DNA of 64,000 bases from Podarcis bocagei (taxonomy: Eukaryota). A program made the position numbers and the translations under genes. Positions 24,831 to 39,691 of this stretch are shown here, in pieces. Within the stretch, counting starts at the first letter, position 1. Each line of letters starts with the position of its first letter. The stretch lies in the NCBI GenBank assembly GCA_964188305.1, contig OZ076887.1. The stretch is one strand, 5' to 3'. The notes under the pieces were generated by a model. It saw only the letters and a list, made by a program, of their open reading frames with translations. It made no database searches and was not told the DNA's origin.

Positions 24831-27800
24831 ACGAATCATCAACAATTTCTGTTTAATCTGGATTGAACCTCTACCACATCTAGTCCTTCACACTCAGGGG
24901 CTGGCATATAGATACAGGTATGGATAAAATACTGTGACAAATGCAGGCAATTCACGAGGTAGTACATCTGGATGAACATAAACTATGCATTGCTTGAGAG
25001 AGACTAAAGCCCCTGAAGAGCATTGAAAACACACAATGTGTCTCAAGGTACCAGATTATGCATTAAGATATATTTCACATTTGAAGATGCTTGAAACCAC
25101 CATGAGATGAAAACTCCCTATTGGCTGAATCTCTGGGGAAGTCTGTGTGATTTGCTTACTTTAAAAAGGGTATATGGAATTCATTATGCTAATGAAATAA
25201 CATCATGGAATTTATATTTCAGTTGGAGTTAATATGTGAGGTCATTCAGCCTTCCTGTATTGCTGCGGAGAAGTGTTTTAAAACTTCTATTTATTAATAA
25301 TCTTTCTGGAGGAAGCTACAATAACTCTTACTTGTTTTGCCTTAAGGATATTCATATCTCTCCAAATCATGCTAGAGGTTCCCATTATAATCTTAAACCT
25401 GCTGCTCATCCTCATGAGTTTTGCTGGACTTCCAGGAGTCTACATGCTCTAGGCATACTGCAGTTTATTATAATACTTTTATACGTTCACAGATATATCC
25501 GATGCATTCCTTTGGAATTGAGTTAGTAATGCAGATTGGCCATATCCCAGAAACACCAGATTGTTTCTAAGTAATAGTTGATCTGGCAGTTCTGCCTCCC
25601 AATCTCAGCAAAATGGTTCAGTCTATTGTGAAGATGGGAAACAACTATCCATATTTGGCTCTGTAAAAACTACGTCGTGGTCTTGGAGTGTTATCAAGCT
25701 GTGTGTGAGGGAGGTGATCCCACTTTTAGCAGGGAGTGGAGGGATGAGACAGGACTCAGAATTGAAGCTGTGTAGATCAAATGGGTATCCTGTCCAATTT
25801 GGTGAAATGGGGTATGTTAGCAGCATCCTATGGCTCCTGAGCCATCCTCCTAAGGAGCAGAAGCTTATCCCCTCAAGTATTAAAGGTGCTTTTGTTGTTC
25901 TGCAAATCATGGATGTTCTAGAAAGCATCCTTCACTGGGTATTAAAATTGGGTTGTTGCATGCCTGTCAGTTTAGAAGTCAAATAAGGCCACTCAGAAGT
26001 ATGTTGCTATGGTATGACTTTTACCTACTCAGGTGACTCCATATGTCTATAGATGTGTAGGTGTGAGCTTCTGTGAGCTGAGAACTTCCAGAACCTATGG
26101 AATGCTGAGGTCAAAAGCATAAGATGTATGTGTGTAATTGACCTACCTGCAATATATGTATTTTAAAACAACACAGGTACTGTATGACAACAACAATAAC
26201 AAATTTCAAAAAGAGATTAAAAATACTAGATTATTTCCACCTCATTGGCTAGAGATGTTTGACTTCATAGTCAAAGATAGAAATTCTCACCTTTGCTGCT
26301 AACATTTGTTTGAGAGGGGAGCATAGCTGTCCAATCGCATGCGTACTAAAATCCTGGATTTCTTCATTGCTTTTATTAAGCAACTCTCACTTTTTCCTCA
26401 GGGGAGAATTTCCCTTTCTTAAAATAAGTTTCCAAAGATAAAGCACAAACCAATCTGAAACTCTAGCCAGATACATCTTAATCCCATTATGTGGGAAACA
26501 ATTAATTCATAAGCCACCATTCATGTGTTGGTTCTGCAAAAGATTGATTCACTGTCCCCTGTTGTAGCTTCATGGTCTCTCTTGATTTCATCAATGAATT
26601 TGATATTACCTCTGGGAATGTCTTCTCACATACGAACCCTGTTCTTTGAAATAAGCTGGTGAGACCTTACACTAGGTTTCCTTCCTGAAATGACACTGTG
26701 GGGCTTGAGGCAAGAAGGCTCCCACAGGTGGCATTACAGCTTTGGAGTCTGATTCTCAGTAAGAGATGTCAGGCCACATCAGTGATGAGATTTAGACTTA
26801 GAATGGATTTTAAAAACACATTTCCTTGCATTGCAAATGGTAATGCAGCTATTTTAGCCATGATCTTTCATCAGTTACTTTAAATCCCATTGTTTTAATT
26901 GTTGAGTTGGTTTCTATGGGATGCACATTACCTTGGGTGTCCTTCAGGCAGAAGGAAGATTATCCTTTTTTACCGAAAACATATCATAAAGCTCACATGT
27001 CCACAGGTTTTGTTTTTTAAAAAATAATACTGGAACTAATGTAAACACAATGTAACACATAAATGAATTGTGTAAAGGTAACAGAGATCATACAGGTAGA
27101 AAACCATGGCAAATAAGCCCACAAAAAATGGTCCTTGGATTCTTGCAGTCGTCTCTTTGCACAAGGTGTCTTTGCCTTTTCAGAAGTAGGGCAACTATCA
27201 GCCCTGAAAGCATCTAGCATTCCCAGTGGGGTCTTATTCTAACTTTAACTTTCATATAATAAACTAAAACACTAGAGTCCTTTAATTCAGTCTGTGTAGC
27301 AAGCGGGTCAATTGCTTTTTTCAGCCTGGTATTATTTTAATCTTACATGCCTCTTAGCATGCAAGCTTTAGATTCAGCTGGAAAAAATTTCCATTCTAGA
27401 CAATTCATGGGATTTTGCTTTGTTCTGGCAGGGTTTTAATGCAATAGTAATTGGAAAATTAAATCTTCAAATGCAGTGTTAGAAATCTTCGCAGCAGGAT
27501 GCAAATGTGCATGTCTGTCTATACCTCTGAAACCAGCCTCTCTCCTGTTTCTTATACTTGCTTGTGTGACTGGGAAGTAACGAATTTAAGGCATTGAAAT
27601 ACAGTCCAAACCAACATATATATGGAAAGGGAGGGGGGCTGAGAGCTGGTTGAAGAAGGGGAAAGAATGACTGATCTTTATGCATGAGATAATAGATGAG
27701 ACTGGAATGACCTGTTTCCACACACCCCTCCCCTTTCCCTCCTTCATGCGGTAAAACAGCGTTGAAGAAAGAGGGCAGTCGCGTACAGCCCATCTCCTTC

Positions 27801-28477
27801 GATTCGCCTGTACCAGACTGTGGCAAAGGGAAATGTGAACAGGAGAACTGGCAATGAACGCCTCGGACACGGAAAGGAACGACCAGCCTCACCGATTCGG
27901 ATTCAGGTAGGTCTTGAGTTTCATCCTCTAAAAGGGACCGGCGCGAACCATAACGTTGCAGGCAAGAGAGCCAGACAAAAAGACCTTCCTTCTCCATTAG
28001 ATTTCAAACGGATTCGGCTTCCTGTGACCAGTTTCTCTGGATTCCGTAGATGTGTGTGTTTGTGCGTGCGCAGGGAGAATCGGCACTTGCTACACACAGT
28101 ACGGTCCTTCTGCCCGCTTTCATCTCTCGCCTTTCTCCCCTCTCCTGTCCTTCAGAGATCATGGGGAGAAAGACCGAAGGAAGGTGGGGGGGGGGAGGTG
28201 GCAACTAGAAATCTGGCTTGCTTCATAGAAACCCACCAGCAGCGCTTCATTCCATTAAAAGCCTTTCAGAGAGAGGGTGGGGAGAAGAGGCTGCTGCAAC
28301 TGGAATTCTCTGTATGTATTTCTACTATGTGTAGGTGGATAGTAGTGTGTAGGTGGGTCGGTGGGTGCAAAAGACCAAAGCAACGGGTGCAAGAAGTTAT
28401 TGGGGCAAAGAGCGCGGCATGGGCTGCAGATTCTGTTGCACCGAACGGAGGAACTCGCTAGGGATCGGGTTGCCGTG

Positions 28478-28498
28478 GACGTTGTCCAGGGTGCTGAA
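28478..28498 (-). promoter_or_regulatory. RE1/NRSE (REST-binding) element
   Basis: Minus strand reads TTCAGCACCCTGGACAACGTC versus consensus TTCAGCACCnnGGACAGnnnC, with the canonical 2-bp spacer. Confidence 0.85.
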
Positions 28499-28720
28499 AT
28501 CCATAGCAATCCCTGCCCGTGCAACAGGGAGCCAAGGCAGCCGAGCGAAGCGAAGCATACCCGACTTTCCAATCAGCAATTATCTCCAACGAGCGGCCGA
28601 TCGCCTTTTAAATCGCATTAAACTACTTAAACTCTAGCCGCCTGGCTTGTCACCTCTCCTGCCCAAAGTCTGCATGAAAAGCAAGCGGTGCCAGAAAAGC
28701 ACATCAGGACTTTGCCTGCG

Positions 28721-28734
28721 GTTGCCTTAGTAAC
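28721..28734. promoter_or_regulatory. RFX X-box
   Basis: GTTGCCTTAGTAAC fits GTNRCC(N0-3)RGYAAC. Confidence 0.7.
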
Positions 28735-29590
28735 TAATATGTCTTTCCCACAGCTTGCATAGTTGTCTCTTTTGTCGAACTACAGCTTTCCCCCTTTCAA
28801 AACCCAAAGATTAATCTAGCTGGGAAAGGCTGTATCTTGTAAGGGTTTTTAAGAATTCTGTCTTGACCTTTAAATGACATTTTCTTTTCTGAAGATTCTA
28901 CACAGAAGCGCACACACCCGTCTTTCTCAAGATGTTTAAACTAGCATAGTTTTCTTGCTCTCGACTTAATAATGAAGGGTTTTTGTTTTTTAAAAAATCT
29001 AATTAAAGACACAAGGAAGTTCTCAAACTTGTAAAGGCTTTTCTTTGCTTTAAGTGTCAGAATGCAGGTAACAGCATTTTGCCTTAGTAGATAAGGGATA
29101 CCAATTTCTGCACATGGAGGTGGTTAGGTATAAATGAATATATCAAGTCACACACTGCACTCTGTTTATAAATGCAAGATTCTTCGTATATTACATATGC
29201 ATGCATGCAACAAGGCATCACTACTTTATTGTGTGTGTGTGTGTGTGTGCAGACACCCACACCCACACCTACGCAGTGTTGGTCTCAGTAGTATAACTGT
29301 GCCTTGTTACTCTCTCCCTGCTTTCTCTCCTTGAGATCTGAAATCGAAAGACACCTACTATTTGGATCCATTTGATCTGGTGTCTGCTAATATTCCAGGC
29401 AGGTGGGGAGAGATGTTCATGAAGAAAATGACCTTTACTGAGCTCTGCTTTGACATATTTTCAGTTGATCAATGTGTTCTGTTCTTTTTTCCTATGTCAA
29501 CAGGCTACAATTCACTCCTAGGATGACTTCTTTGCCCCTCCAGGCGATTTGCTTTAAGGGCACATTGTAATGGGTTTTGGAGGCACTTGA

Positions 29591-30430
<840 letters not shown>

Positions 30431-30862
30431 TAATTGCTCTTGTAGAGTATTTCAGGTATAAATCACTTTGTAGTTTCAATCCAACTTTAACCCTAAAGGA
30501 TTGGCAACATTATTCCAGTTCTGAGAAACTGCTGCTATGAGGGAGTGACTTCAAATCAGAATAGAAGAGGGTCTTGATCCTACTTCAAGGTTCAAGTCGA
30601 AACCATTTAACTCTGCGAGATGTGTACATTACTTATGATATCTTCTTTCCTTTTGCTTTGAACTAGTCTTTCTCTTACAACCATAGATAGCTCCCCACAG
30701 AACTTTCCTATAGTATAATGAGCTTTGCTAAACAAGCATATATAATAGATATATTTTGGCTCTCATCTCATTAATTTTAGCTCTCAGACCATTAATTATC
30801 CATGATTTTAGAAAAGATAAGAGAGCTGTACTGTACCTATACATTGCTTAGGGTGTATTTGT

Positions 30863-30908
30863 ATTATTATTATTATTATTATTATTAGTAGTAGTAGTAG
30901 TAGTAGTA
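30863..30908. repeat. Compound (ATT)n(AGT)n microsatellite
   Basis: Directly visible. Confidence 0.95.
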
Positions 30909-33900
30909 AAGCTTTTTGGGGAATATTCATCTTCCCATCAGTGGGACAAGCCTCTATTGGTCTTTTATTAGCAATCAACTTTTCTCCTGAATCATGGGCA
31001 GCTAACTCCCCAAAGACTAAATATTTAAGCATGACAGAGTGAAACTGTTAGCTAACAGTTCTTTTGAATCCATGCTCTTGAGATAGAAGTTGAACATCTA
31101 GAAGAGGAAACATGCACACCCACACTCACACATCCCTGATATGTGTAGTATTACTTTGTATTTAAACCAACCTTTTTACCTCTTCCTCACAGAGACTGAA
31201 TAATTCCAATTTCAAGCAGTCTTTCATATCTAATTCAGTAGGTAGCAGATGTGGAAATCTACGGGCAAAGTTAATAATGGCATGAACAAATCATTCTCAA
31301 AGAAAAGTGCCAGCTCAGTAATGAAGTTTATAGATTTTCAATGAGGCAAGTTCTGCAGGCTTGCCTTGAAGAGAGGGAGAGAAAAAAGATGTCTTTCATG
31401 TCAATTGTATTTTTGCTCTAGTGAGCACCAAGGTTGTTTTTAAAAATAAAATATGGGCATTTGACCCCTAGGAAATCTGCTATCTCTAGACACTAGACGG
31501 GCAGCAAGGATGAGAGCCAAAAATATTGTTGTTACATATTTCATAAAATGAACTGATGTGGGCAAAGATCTCTTAGCGTGCAAGTATCCAAAAGAATTAA
31601 TAGTCATAATGTGTTGATGCTTTGTGAATTGCCAGATAATATTATCTTTTAGTGACTACAAGGAAGAAGTTTACTATACTTTAAAACTATAGTGAAGGAA
31701 TTGGGGAGAAATGTTATTAGAAAATATAAGCAATAATTTATAGCTAGATCATGACAAATAGATAAAAAATAATTAAAGTTGTCCACTAGGGGAAATGTTC
31801 TACTTTGATATCTGTTTAAATAATAACTGACTTTTTACATGCAAAATTTGGACTTCTTAAGCATTGCCTTTTGAATTTCCTGTTATACTGAGGTTTTCAA
31901 TGTCTTTTTGTCATAACAAATAGAATTTTTCATGAACTTTTTGTGATCAAATAATAACTGAAAGAAACAAATTACAAGTATAGACTTGACTCATGAAATA
32001 AGGCAGCCTTCAGTTAGTCATAGGTGATTTGACTTAGAGTGGTGTTAGCTATTAAAAATGTGGAACCAGCCTGTTTTTTTTGAAACGTGTTAAGAAAAGG
32101 GAATAAGTATTCATGGAGTTCATTCTGTGGCAACCTAGGAATAAAATAACTGTAACTCATCCCAGTTGTTGTATACTCCTGGCACTCAATTACAACACTG
32201 TTTGTGGATATAGCTGGATCTTGTGGCAGGTGAAGGAGAAGACTATTCTTTATTTATCACATATGCTATTTCCTCCTCAAAAGTAAATGGGGTCAATGAA
32301 TCATTCTGCTAAATGTATTTTAAAATCAGTGCATGCTATAAAGCCTAGGCGAATGGTATGATACTTTCACTAGTAATTGCATATACTGCTTGCAAAATCT
32401 TTCAATAAGCTGCCCTTTTAAAGTGAAAATATTCCTTAGCACGAAGTAATTTAAAAGTAACCTTCCCCTTCTACTATGATATTTTTGGGATTTGGGGCTC
32501 AAGTCTGCTTTGCAACATGCTGACTTCTGACTGTGCACCATCATAAATGTTTTACAGATACAATTGCTGTGGACATTTTTGTTTACATCCAACGTATTTG
32601 CAATGTAAGATGTGCATCCTGATCCCATGCATGTTTAATTGAAAGTTTGGTGGGACTTACATAGGTCCATCTAGGATCCCAATGAAACCTAATTAAGGAA
32701 GACATAATACTGAATTTGCAATATTCTTGGGGTTTTCTACTCTCCAAAATTCCAACAAGATTATGACGCTTCTTTCTGTAAACTACAAAAGGTGTTGAGA
32801 TCATCATCATAATCACTATCCTGTTTTTAAAAGAAGGAAAGCAAATGCCCCAAGGATAGTGAGAATGGATGCATCTCTCTTCAGTTTGCTGTTTTGGGGG
32901 TTCTCTTGTTTATATGTTATATAAGCATCAGTAAAAGATCTATTAGAATTTAAGTACCTCTCCATTTTGTACAATTCACAATAAAGATATACTGTACTTA
33001 ATTGTTTTATGGTTTTGCCATGGGAGTTGCCCATTGGACAGGAGGTAATGAAAGACTATTGATTTGACCCTCACTGCTGATTTAAGAACAACTTTGTGTT
33101 AGACTAGATATGACATTCACAACTGGATCACAATTAGATCACCCGAAAAAAGTTAAAAGAAGTTGCATTGGGTGAAAATTGGGTCAGTGCAACAGTACTA
33201 GCAGAGGCAAGTTATGCCAATCCCTCATGCTGTTTTCCCCAAATACCAAATGTGGTTTGTCCTGTAGGGGAAAACATACAAGAACAATACTGGTATCTGA
33301 TGTTTCCCCAGGGGTCAAATAATAGTTGGGGGAGATTATTCAGATTGAAAAAGGGATCAGCCACCCACTTCCACAATGCCACATCTCTGATGTGATGTGA
33401 TGGCACCACGGGTGGTTTTAAATTTAAACAGAGTGGGAGATTTTGATCACAGATCTCTCACACCTCGTCTAGTGGCACTCTGAACTGTGTAACTGTTGAT
33501 AAGAGAGTGTACCATTCTTCTGCACTGTGATTCTTTAGAGAAAAATGTTCAGTTTAAACTTGATGTGGCCCATATCTGGTCCTGATGTGAGTTTCCTTTT
33601 GTTAAATTGCACTAGTGTTTTGTACATAGGAACGGCGTTTTCACACATGAGGTGTCTTAAGTAGTTCTTGTTTCAGTGCTTTGCAGTGTGGATGCAAAGC
33701 CTACATTGGCCAGAATGCTTCCTCGCAAGTCAAGTGCCTCTCAATCTCAATGATCAGACTTGACATAAACAGCGTGAGAGATGCTTCAGTGGTGATTTAA
33801 GTCTCATGTCTGAAAGCATTCCATGATTAGTCATCTCCAGAAAGACAGTTAAGCAACCAAATATCCTTGGACTTTTGGAGGAGATTAGTGCTTATATTGG

Positions 33901-35003
33901 GGACAGAGAATGCTTCCTTTTTAAACTACTTGTTTCCAAGAGATGAGACATGTTAAAGTCTGAGCATTATTCCTGTTTCAGACCAGGAAAAAAAAGCCAG
34001 ATTTTATTTTTTTAATAGTTTAGTAGTAATACCCTTAATATAGCAATATAAGGTGTGTGAGTGTGTGTGTGGCTTGACTCATAGTCTGATACTAAACTCG
34101 CTTTGAGCTCACCTTCCCACTTCACATATGTTTCAGCTGGTGATCAGTTGCTGTTGTTCAGTTCCAAACAGGGATACATTAATGAATCTTCTAAATAGGT
34201 TAGTTATTTGGTTTCCTGGCTTCATCAGATCCTTTCCCCTACAGTATTCCACACAGGCCTTATCCCCTCCTGGGGTGAATTTTGAGGGTTTTCTGCAATG
34301 AAAAAATAACCACGCAGAAATATGTGTTGGAAATATTAGACTGGGGTGCAGCATTCATATGGATATCTCAGGAAAAATCCAGTAAGTTTTTCTTGAGATT
34401 TCAAATGGAATTTGTGTTTTTGAGTAGTCTGAGGGCACATTGTGTAGCTCAGGAGATCTGGATCTGGTTAGTGCTGGGATGCAAAACCACCTAAGGACGC
34501 TAGGGCTTCTAAGGGAGCTGCCTTGAATTCCCAAAAAAGATGGAAAGGGATGTGAAATAAACAAATAATTTTTCACCATGGATGCATTATAGGATAATGC
34601 TATATTGCAACTAATTTTTGATTATGTGTTGTATCCAACTAGGTTCTACTCAGAGTAGACCAGGTGAAATCAGCAGACAAGTTAGTCATGTAAATTAATT
34701 TTACTGAGTCCACTCTGAGTAGGCATTGCTCTGGCTATAGTCCTATGGCCACAGGTGGAAACACTCTGTAGGAAATTGATCTTGCTTCCCAGAAGAGATA
34801 TTATAAAGACACCACTGTATCTTTTACCTTGGTAAATATGCAGCTTTTTCTGGGTCTGGGGAGGGGGTAGGGATTATACATTAATTTTACATTATTCTGA
34901 CAACACAGATGTTTCAGTCAGTTTATTTTAGCTTGTGCAAGTATGCAGTAGCCATTTAGGTGATAATAGTGATCCAGTTTGGGTAAGGTACCACAAATAC
35001 AGT

Positions 35004-35360
35004 GGGTCGCGGGTGGTGCTGTGGTTTAAACCACTGAGCCTTGGGCTTGCTGATCAGAAGGTCGGTGGTTCGAATCCCCATGATGGAGTGAGCTCCCGTT
35101 GCTCGATCCCTGCTCCTGCCAACCTAGCAGTTCGAAAGCACGAAGTGCAAGTAGATAAACAGGTACCGCTCTGGTGGCAAGGTAAACGGCATTTCCGTGC
35201 ACTGCTTTGGTTTGCCAGTAGCAGCTTAGTCATGCTGGCCACATGACCCGGAAGCTGTCTGCGGACAAACGCCAGCTCCCTCGGCCAGTAAAGCGAGATG
35301 AGCATGCAACCCCAGAGTCGTCCACGACTGGACCTAATGGTCAGGGGTCCCTTTACCTTT
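35004..35360 (+). mobile_element. Full-length Sauria SINE
   Basis: GGGTCGCGGGTGGTGCTGTGGTTTAAACC head, B-box GGTTCGAATCC and (ACCTTT) tail. Imperfect 15-bp TSD taccacaaatacagt (34989-35003) / taccacaaacacatt (35361-35375). Confidence 0.9.
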
Positions 35361-35531
35361 TACCACAAACACATTTGTAAAAATCTTTTTAGCATTTTAG
35401 ATCAAGGCAAGTTTGATGTCATTTGATAGTTATGGACATTGTTGCTTCACATTCATAGGGTCTAGAGAAGAATCAGAGAACACATGCCTGACTATATTTT
35501 ACCCATCAACATTATATGTGTGCGTGTGTGC

Positions 35532-35533
<2 letters not shown>

Positions 35534-35580
<47 letters not shown>
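35534..35580. repeat. (GA)n microsatellite
   Basis: Directly visible. Confidence 0.95.
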
Positions 35581-35586
<6 letters not shown>

Positions 35587-36336
35587 TGTCAGCCTGCGCT
35601 GAAGAAGACAAATAAAGCCATACAGTCAAGAGAAATCACAAACAGCTAATCTTGCCAGGTTATCATGCAACTTTGTCCTGCAGCTGCACATCAGGGAGTG
35701 CATTATTTCGAAAGGAAGCAACAGGCAAGTTACAAAGTGAGAGGATCTCTGCATCTGTCTTTGCAAATGCCTGTCACCGGGCATCCTTGCTTCAAGGCAT
35801 TTAATGAAATCTGTTGCTGCATTTAAAAGAAAACACCCTGCTGCTGCATGTGCCTCCTCTGAATCCTCTGACTGGATTCAGGAACTGCCTGCATTTGGTG
35901 CTCAAGAAAATATGCTTAATGAATGAGAAGGCATTTAAACCTTTTCTTGCCTCTTGTAGCAAGGAAGGCATTCACATTGGTGGGTTCCTCTTTTGCTGTT
36001 GGCTGAAACTTGGCAAATGGCATGGATAGTCTGTCTCAGAGGGGTGTGTGAGGGGGAGTACTGGAGCAGTAATCTGTAGCAAGCAGAAAAGAGAATGGCT
36101 GACACCAACAGGGGATGTGTGTTGTGAACTACAGAATAAATGCAAAAGGAGCAAAATGGAAGGATGAAGGAAGAAGGGGAATGTGCCAAGGAGCTTAGTT
36201 CTAGTCTATGGATCAAATTGCTATGGCAGAACGAGCCCACACATTCTGAGCCAACTGGTTTCTGGGGAGCCCTACTATATAGAATATGAAAAAATTCAGA
36301 AGGCACTTGCAAATGTCCTGTTTTGTATGGGGCACA

Positions 36337-36548
36337 GGAACATAGAAAGCTGCCTTCTTATTCTTAGAATTTATATACCGCCCTATACCCTGGGGTCTCA
36401 GACCATAGGCCCATTTAGCTCAGGAATGGCTGTGGTTCTCCTGGATGCCAGGCAGGAAATCTTTCCCAGCCCTACCAGGAGAGGCCTGGGATTGAACTTG
36501 GAACCTTCTGCATGCAAAGCAGATGCTCTGCCACTAAATTATGGGCCT
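36337..36548 (-). mobile_element. tRNA-derived squamate SINE (Squam3-like)
   Basis: gggattgaacttggaaccttctgcatgcaaagcagatgctctgccact, the reverse complement of a tRNA-like head. Related copies at about 15458-15727, 21438-21555, 24488-24606 and 48725-48840. Confidence 0.7.
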
Positions 36549-38032
36549 TCCAATAATGGGGCTACCCTAAGAATGAATGAACAGAGTGGCAGTTCCCATT
36601 TGTGTTGGCTTGTATAGCACTGTAAATTAGACCTATTATCAAGATCACTGAACTATAGAATTAAGAAAGAAATAGTTAAATAAAAATCCCTCAGTTTCAT
36701 CCATCATTATTGCCATCGCTCTACTGAAGAACAATTGAGTGGCTGTAATATCTGCAGCCCTTGTTATACACTAGTCATAGGACCAGTTCCCTGAACAACT
36801 GCCTGCTTTGGGGTGTTCATGTTGAGGTAAAGCCACCACATCTGATTGTCATTTTACCAGATGCTACCAGCTATTTGAACATGACGCAGCCATATTCTTC
36901 TGTAGCATCTCACTGCCAGCAGGGCTTTCCTTCTCTGGTCAATAGGCACTAAAGGCTAAAAATGAGACCTGCAGAGATCTTCAAAAACTTAATAGCTGTT
37001 CCTTCTGCTAGGGGTGTACACTGAGCACAAGGTTTGGTTTCGGCCCTGATTTAGCACATCAGTGAGCAGCCCAATTTAGTCCAAAATGCTTCAGAAGTTG
37101 TCTGATTCAGTTAAGGTTTAGATTTGAATTCTAATTTGAGCAAGCATGACTCCAGCCTTCTCTACTGGGGGTTATGTGCAGTTCACATTTGAATTTTATT
37201 CAACCCCTCCACCCTGCACTGTCTATAACTTAAAAAGAAATATTTCTGCAGAACTGGATGAAATTTCAGACTTATTAGCACCTTTGGGGTATTCTTGAGA
37301 ATCCTGCCAAATTCTAAAAGGAAAGCTGTAGTGGTTTTCCTGCACGGGTGTCCTTTACTGTTTTTGGGTGGTTAAAAAGGATCTACTTACTCTCCTCTAT
37401 TGTTTTGTGGGCAATTTTATATGAAAATAGCTTGCGTGAGAGAAGTGCTCCTAGATAAGAAACTTCCACATTATGGACAAATCAGTCTAGGAAGATTTTG
37501 TGCTTGTGCCTTTAAAGTTGATTTTGTAGGACAGAGGAAGAGCTAAATGGGAATTATTTCCCTCCCTTTGATTTTGTGGGCATCAATTTTCTAGAGGCTC
37601 CCCTAGGAAAGTAATCTGCAAAAATTCAGAATGTTAGGTGTAAGGTACTTAGTTTTGATTAAGGGAGGGGACTCACAGCCTCAGGCTTCTGTTCTGCTCA
37701 GCTAGCAGCAAGACTTAAAGAAACGAAGTGCAAAGCTGATTTGACAGGAACGGGTACCTGGGTGTGTGGCACAGGGGCAGAAGAACTTGAATGCCCAGCA
37801 TTTCCATACAAGCATTAGTAGCAGAACCAGCACAGATGCAGAACAGTCAACTACAAGCTGGTGTCCCTTCTCCAAGCTCTGGGATTGGAAAGTCCTGCTG
37901 AAATCATTTTCTGTTAGTCAGAAAAGAGGCCTCCCGCCTTGGTGTGTGTCTTCAATGGCTAGCATAGAGAGAAATGTCACTTTTTAACAGATCTGCTGTG
38001 TAGGTTTTTTTAATAAAAAATATCAGAATCTC

Positions 38033-38402
38033 TGAGCCACTTCAGAGATCCCTGTTTCAGTTTAGGGCTCCTTCGAGAAATCCCACTTGAACTCAGGACT
38101 TATCCCCACTCACATTTTGCTCTACTCTTTCTCGCAGAGGTCTGTGCTTTAACACTCCATGTTGTTGCCCTGAGATTTCCCCGCAAAAACTCACTCTTTA
38201 AAGCTCAATCAGAGCAAACGTCAGTTCAGGTTTTCCATAGATTGATGTTTGCCTCCATTGAGCTTCAAAAGTGGGGTTTTGCAGGGAAAACTCTGGACCA
38301 CAGACACAGAGCTTTAAATCATGGATCGTCCTGGTAAGAGCAGAGGAAAGGTAAGTGTGGATAAGCTCTCAGACAAGCCCTGAATCTCTCCAAAGTGGCT
38401 CA
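38033..38402. mobile_element. Long imperfect palindromic element (MITE-like)
   Basis: tgagccactt...aagtggctca termini; inner arms tttccccgcaaaaactcactctttaaagctcaat / attgagcttcaaaagtggggttttgcagggaaaa. Confidence 0.65.
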
Positions 38403-39691
38403 CTTTGATTCTTGATTGTCCAGATCTGATGCAGACCTCTTACTTCTTGCTGGCCATTATTTATTTATTCTAGCTGCAAGAAGCAGAGTGTGTGTGAAAA
38501 GTAGTCTTAGGATGGTTCTCATTAATATGGGGAAGGAAATTGAGTTTCATTTTATTCTAGATAGCAGATGCCATTAATCTTAAAATATCAATGCACACTT
38601 CCCTTTAGCCCGTCAGGCATTTACTTGTGCATGCAGATTGGCGCCGGAGCACAAAGGAGTCCTCTAATCAAGCACTTCTATTGCTGTGCATATGACAATT
38701 TGCATGTGGCAGATTGTGGAAGTGTTAGAGGCTGTGCTGAATCTATACATACGCAGATTAATGCAAAAAAAGAGAAAAAGATTAAATTATTACCTTTGCT
38801 TGTTGATGGATTTTGTAGCACTTCATTATTTGCACTAATCTCTGTTTTCCTCCCTAGTTTTTTATGTGATGCATTTTGGTTTTCAACAAATGTAAGCCTC
38901 TGAAGCAGTTCCGGCGTAATGCCTGGCATCATTTTTAATTTAAACATTGAGACCAAAAAACCTTTCTGTGTTGCTGTGTGATAGTTGTTCATGGCTGGCT
39001 ATCAGTCTACAAGGTGATTCTGAAGAAAATAATATCTATGCACAAATTAATGCAATAAGGAGAAAAATATGGAATATGGCTAAATGTATGCATGATCTCA
39101 TTTCCAAGGGAAATATATCCTTTTGGCACTGCCAAGTGAGCTTGACATTTTTGACTGCTGAGAAATGTGTTTTTTAATTATATTGCCCTGCTTTGTGCAG
39201 TGGGACAGAAATGCTCTTTAAATCAGGCTTGCACATTGGTGGCTGACCATGCCAAACGTAGCTTACCAGTCGTGCGCTGTGGCCTGCCAGATGCTTGACA
39301 AATCCCAGTTCCAGGCAGGCAGTAAAAGCAGAAGGTGGAAGACCCTCTAGTGGGTTAACATACATAACTGGTGGCTGCACTGGTAGGTCAGACGTTGGGC
39401 AGACCTCCTCTTAATCATTACGTGACATAAAAAAAGACCATGCCTGCCTTAAGGAACAAAAAGCAGAATTATATTCTACTGGAATTGCAGTTTAGTTATA
39501 AAACACTTTCTCCATAGGAGCAGCAGAACAATCTCATTCCCTGCTTAAGGCCCTAGACAAGGACAGGAATGGTCCTTTTAATTCCCATGCATTTTGGTGG
39601 CATCATTGGAGAAGAGCTGGGTACAGTACCTGCTTTGCATGCAGAAGGTCCCAGGCCCACCCCCACCCCCACATCTCTAGGTAGGAATGCA

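Larger units (their letters stand above)
27740..28740 (+). promoter_or_regulatory. GRM1: CpG-enriched GRM1 promoter / alternative 5' non-coding exon region
   Basis: CpG enrichment 1-2 kb upstream of the GRM1 coding exon; strong donor CAG|gtaggt at 27906/27907; contains RE1 and X-box motifs. Confidence 0.7.

Noticed and set aside
27479-28637. Overlapping ORFs of 94-213 aa upstream of GRM1
   Set aside because: No recognisable domains; long ORFs are expected by chance in GC-rich promoter DNA.
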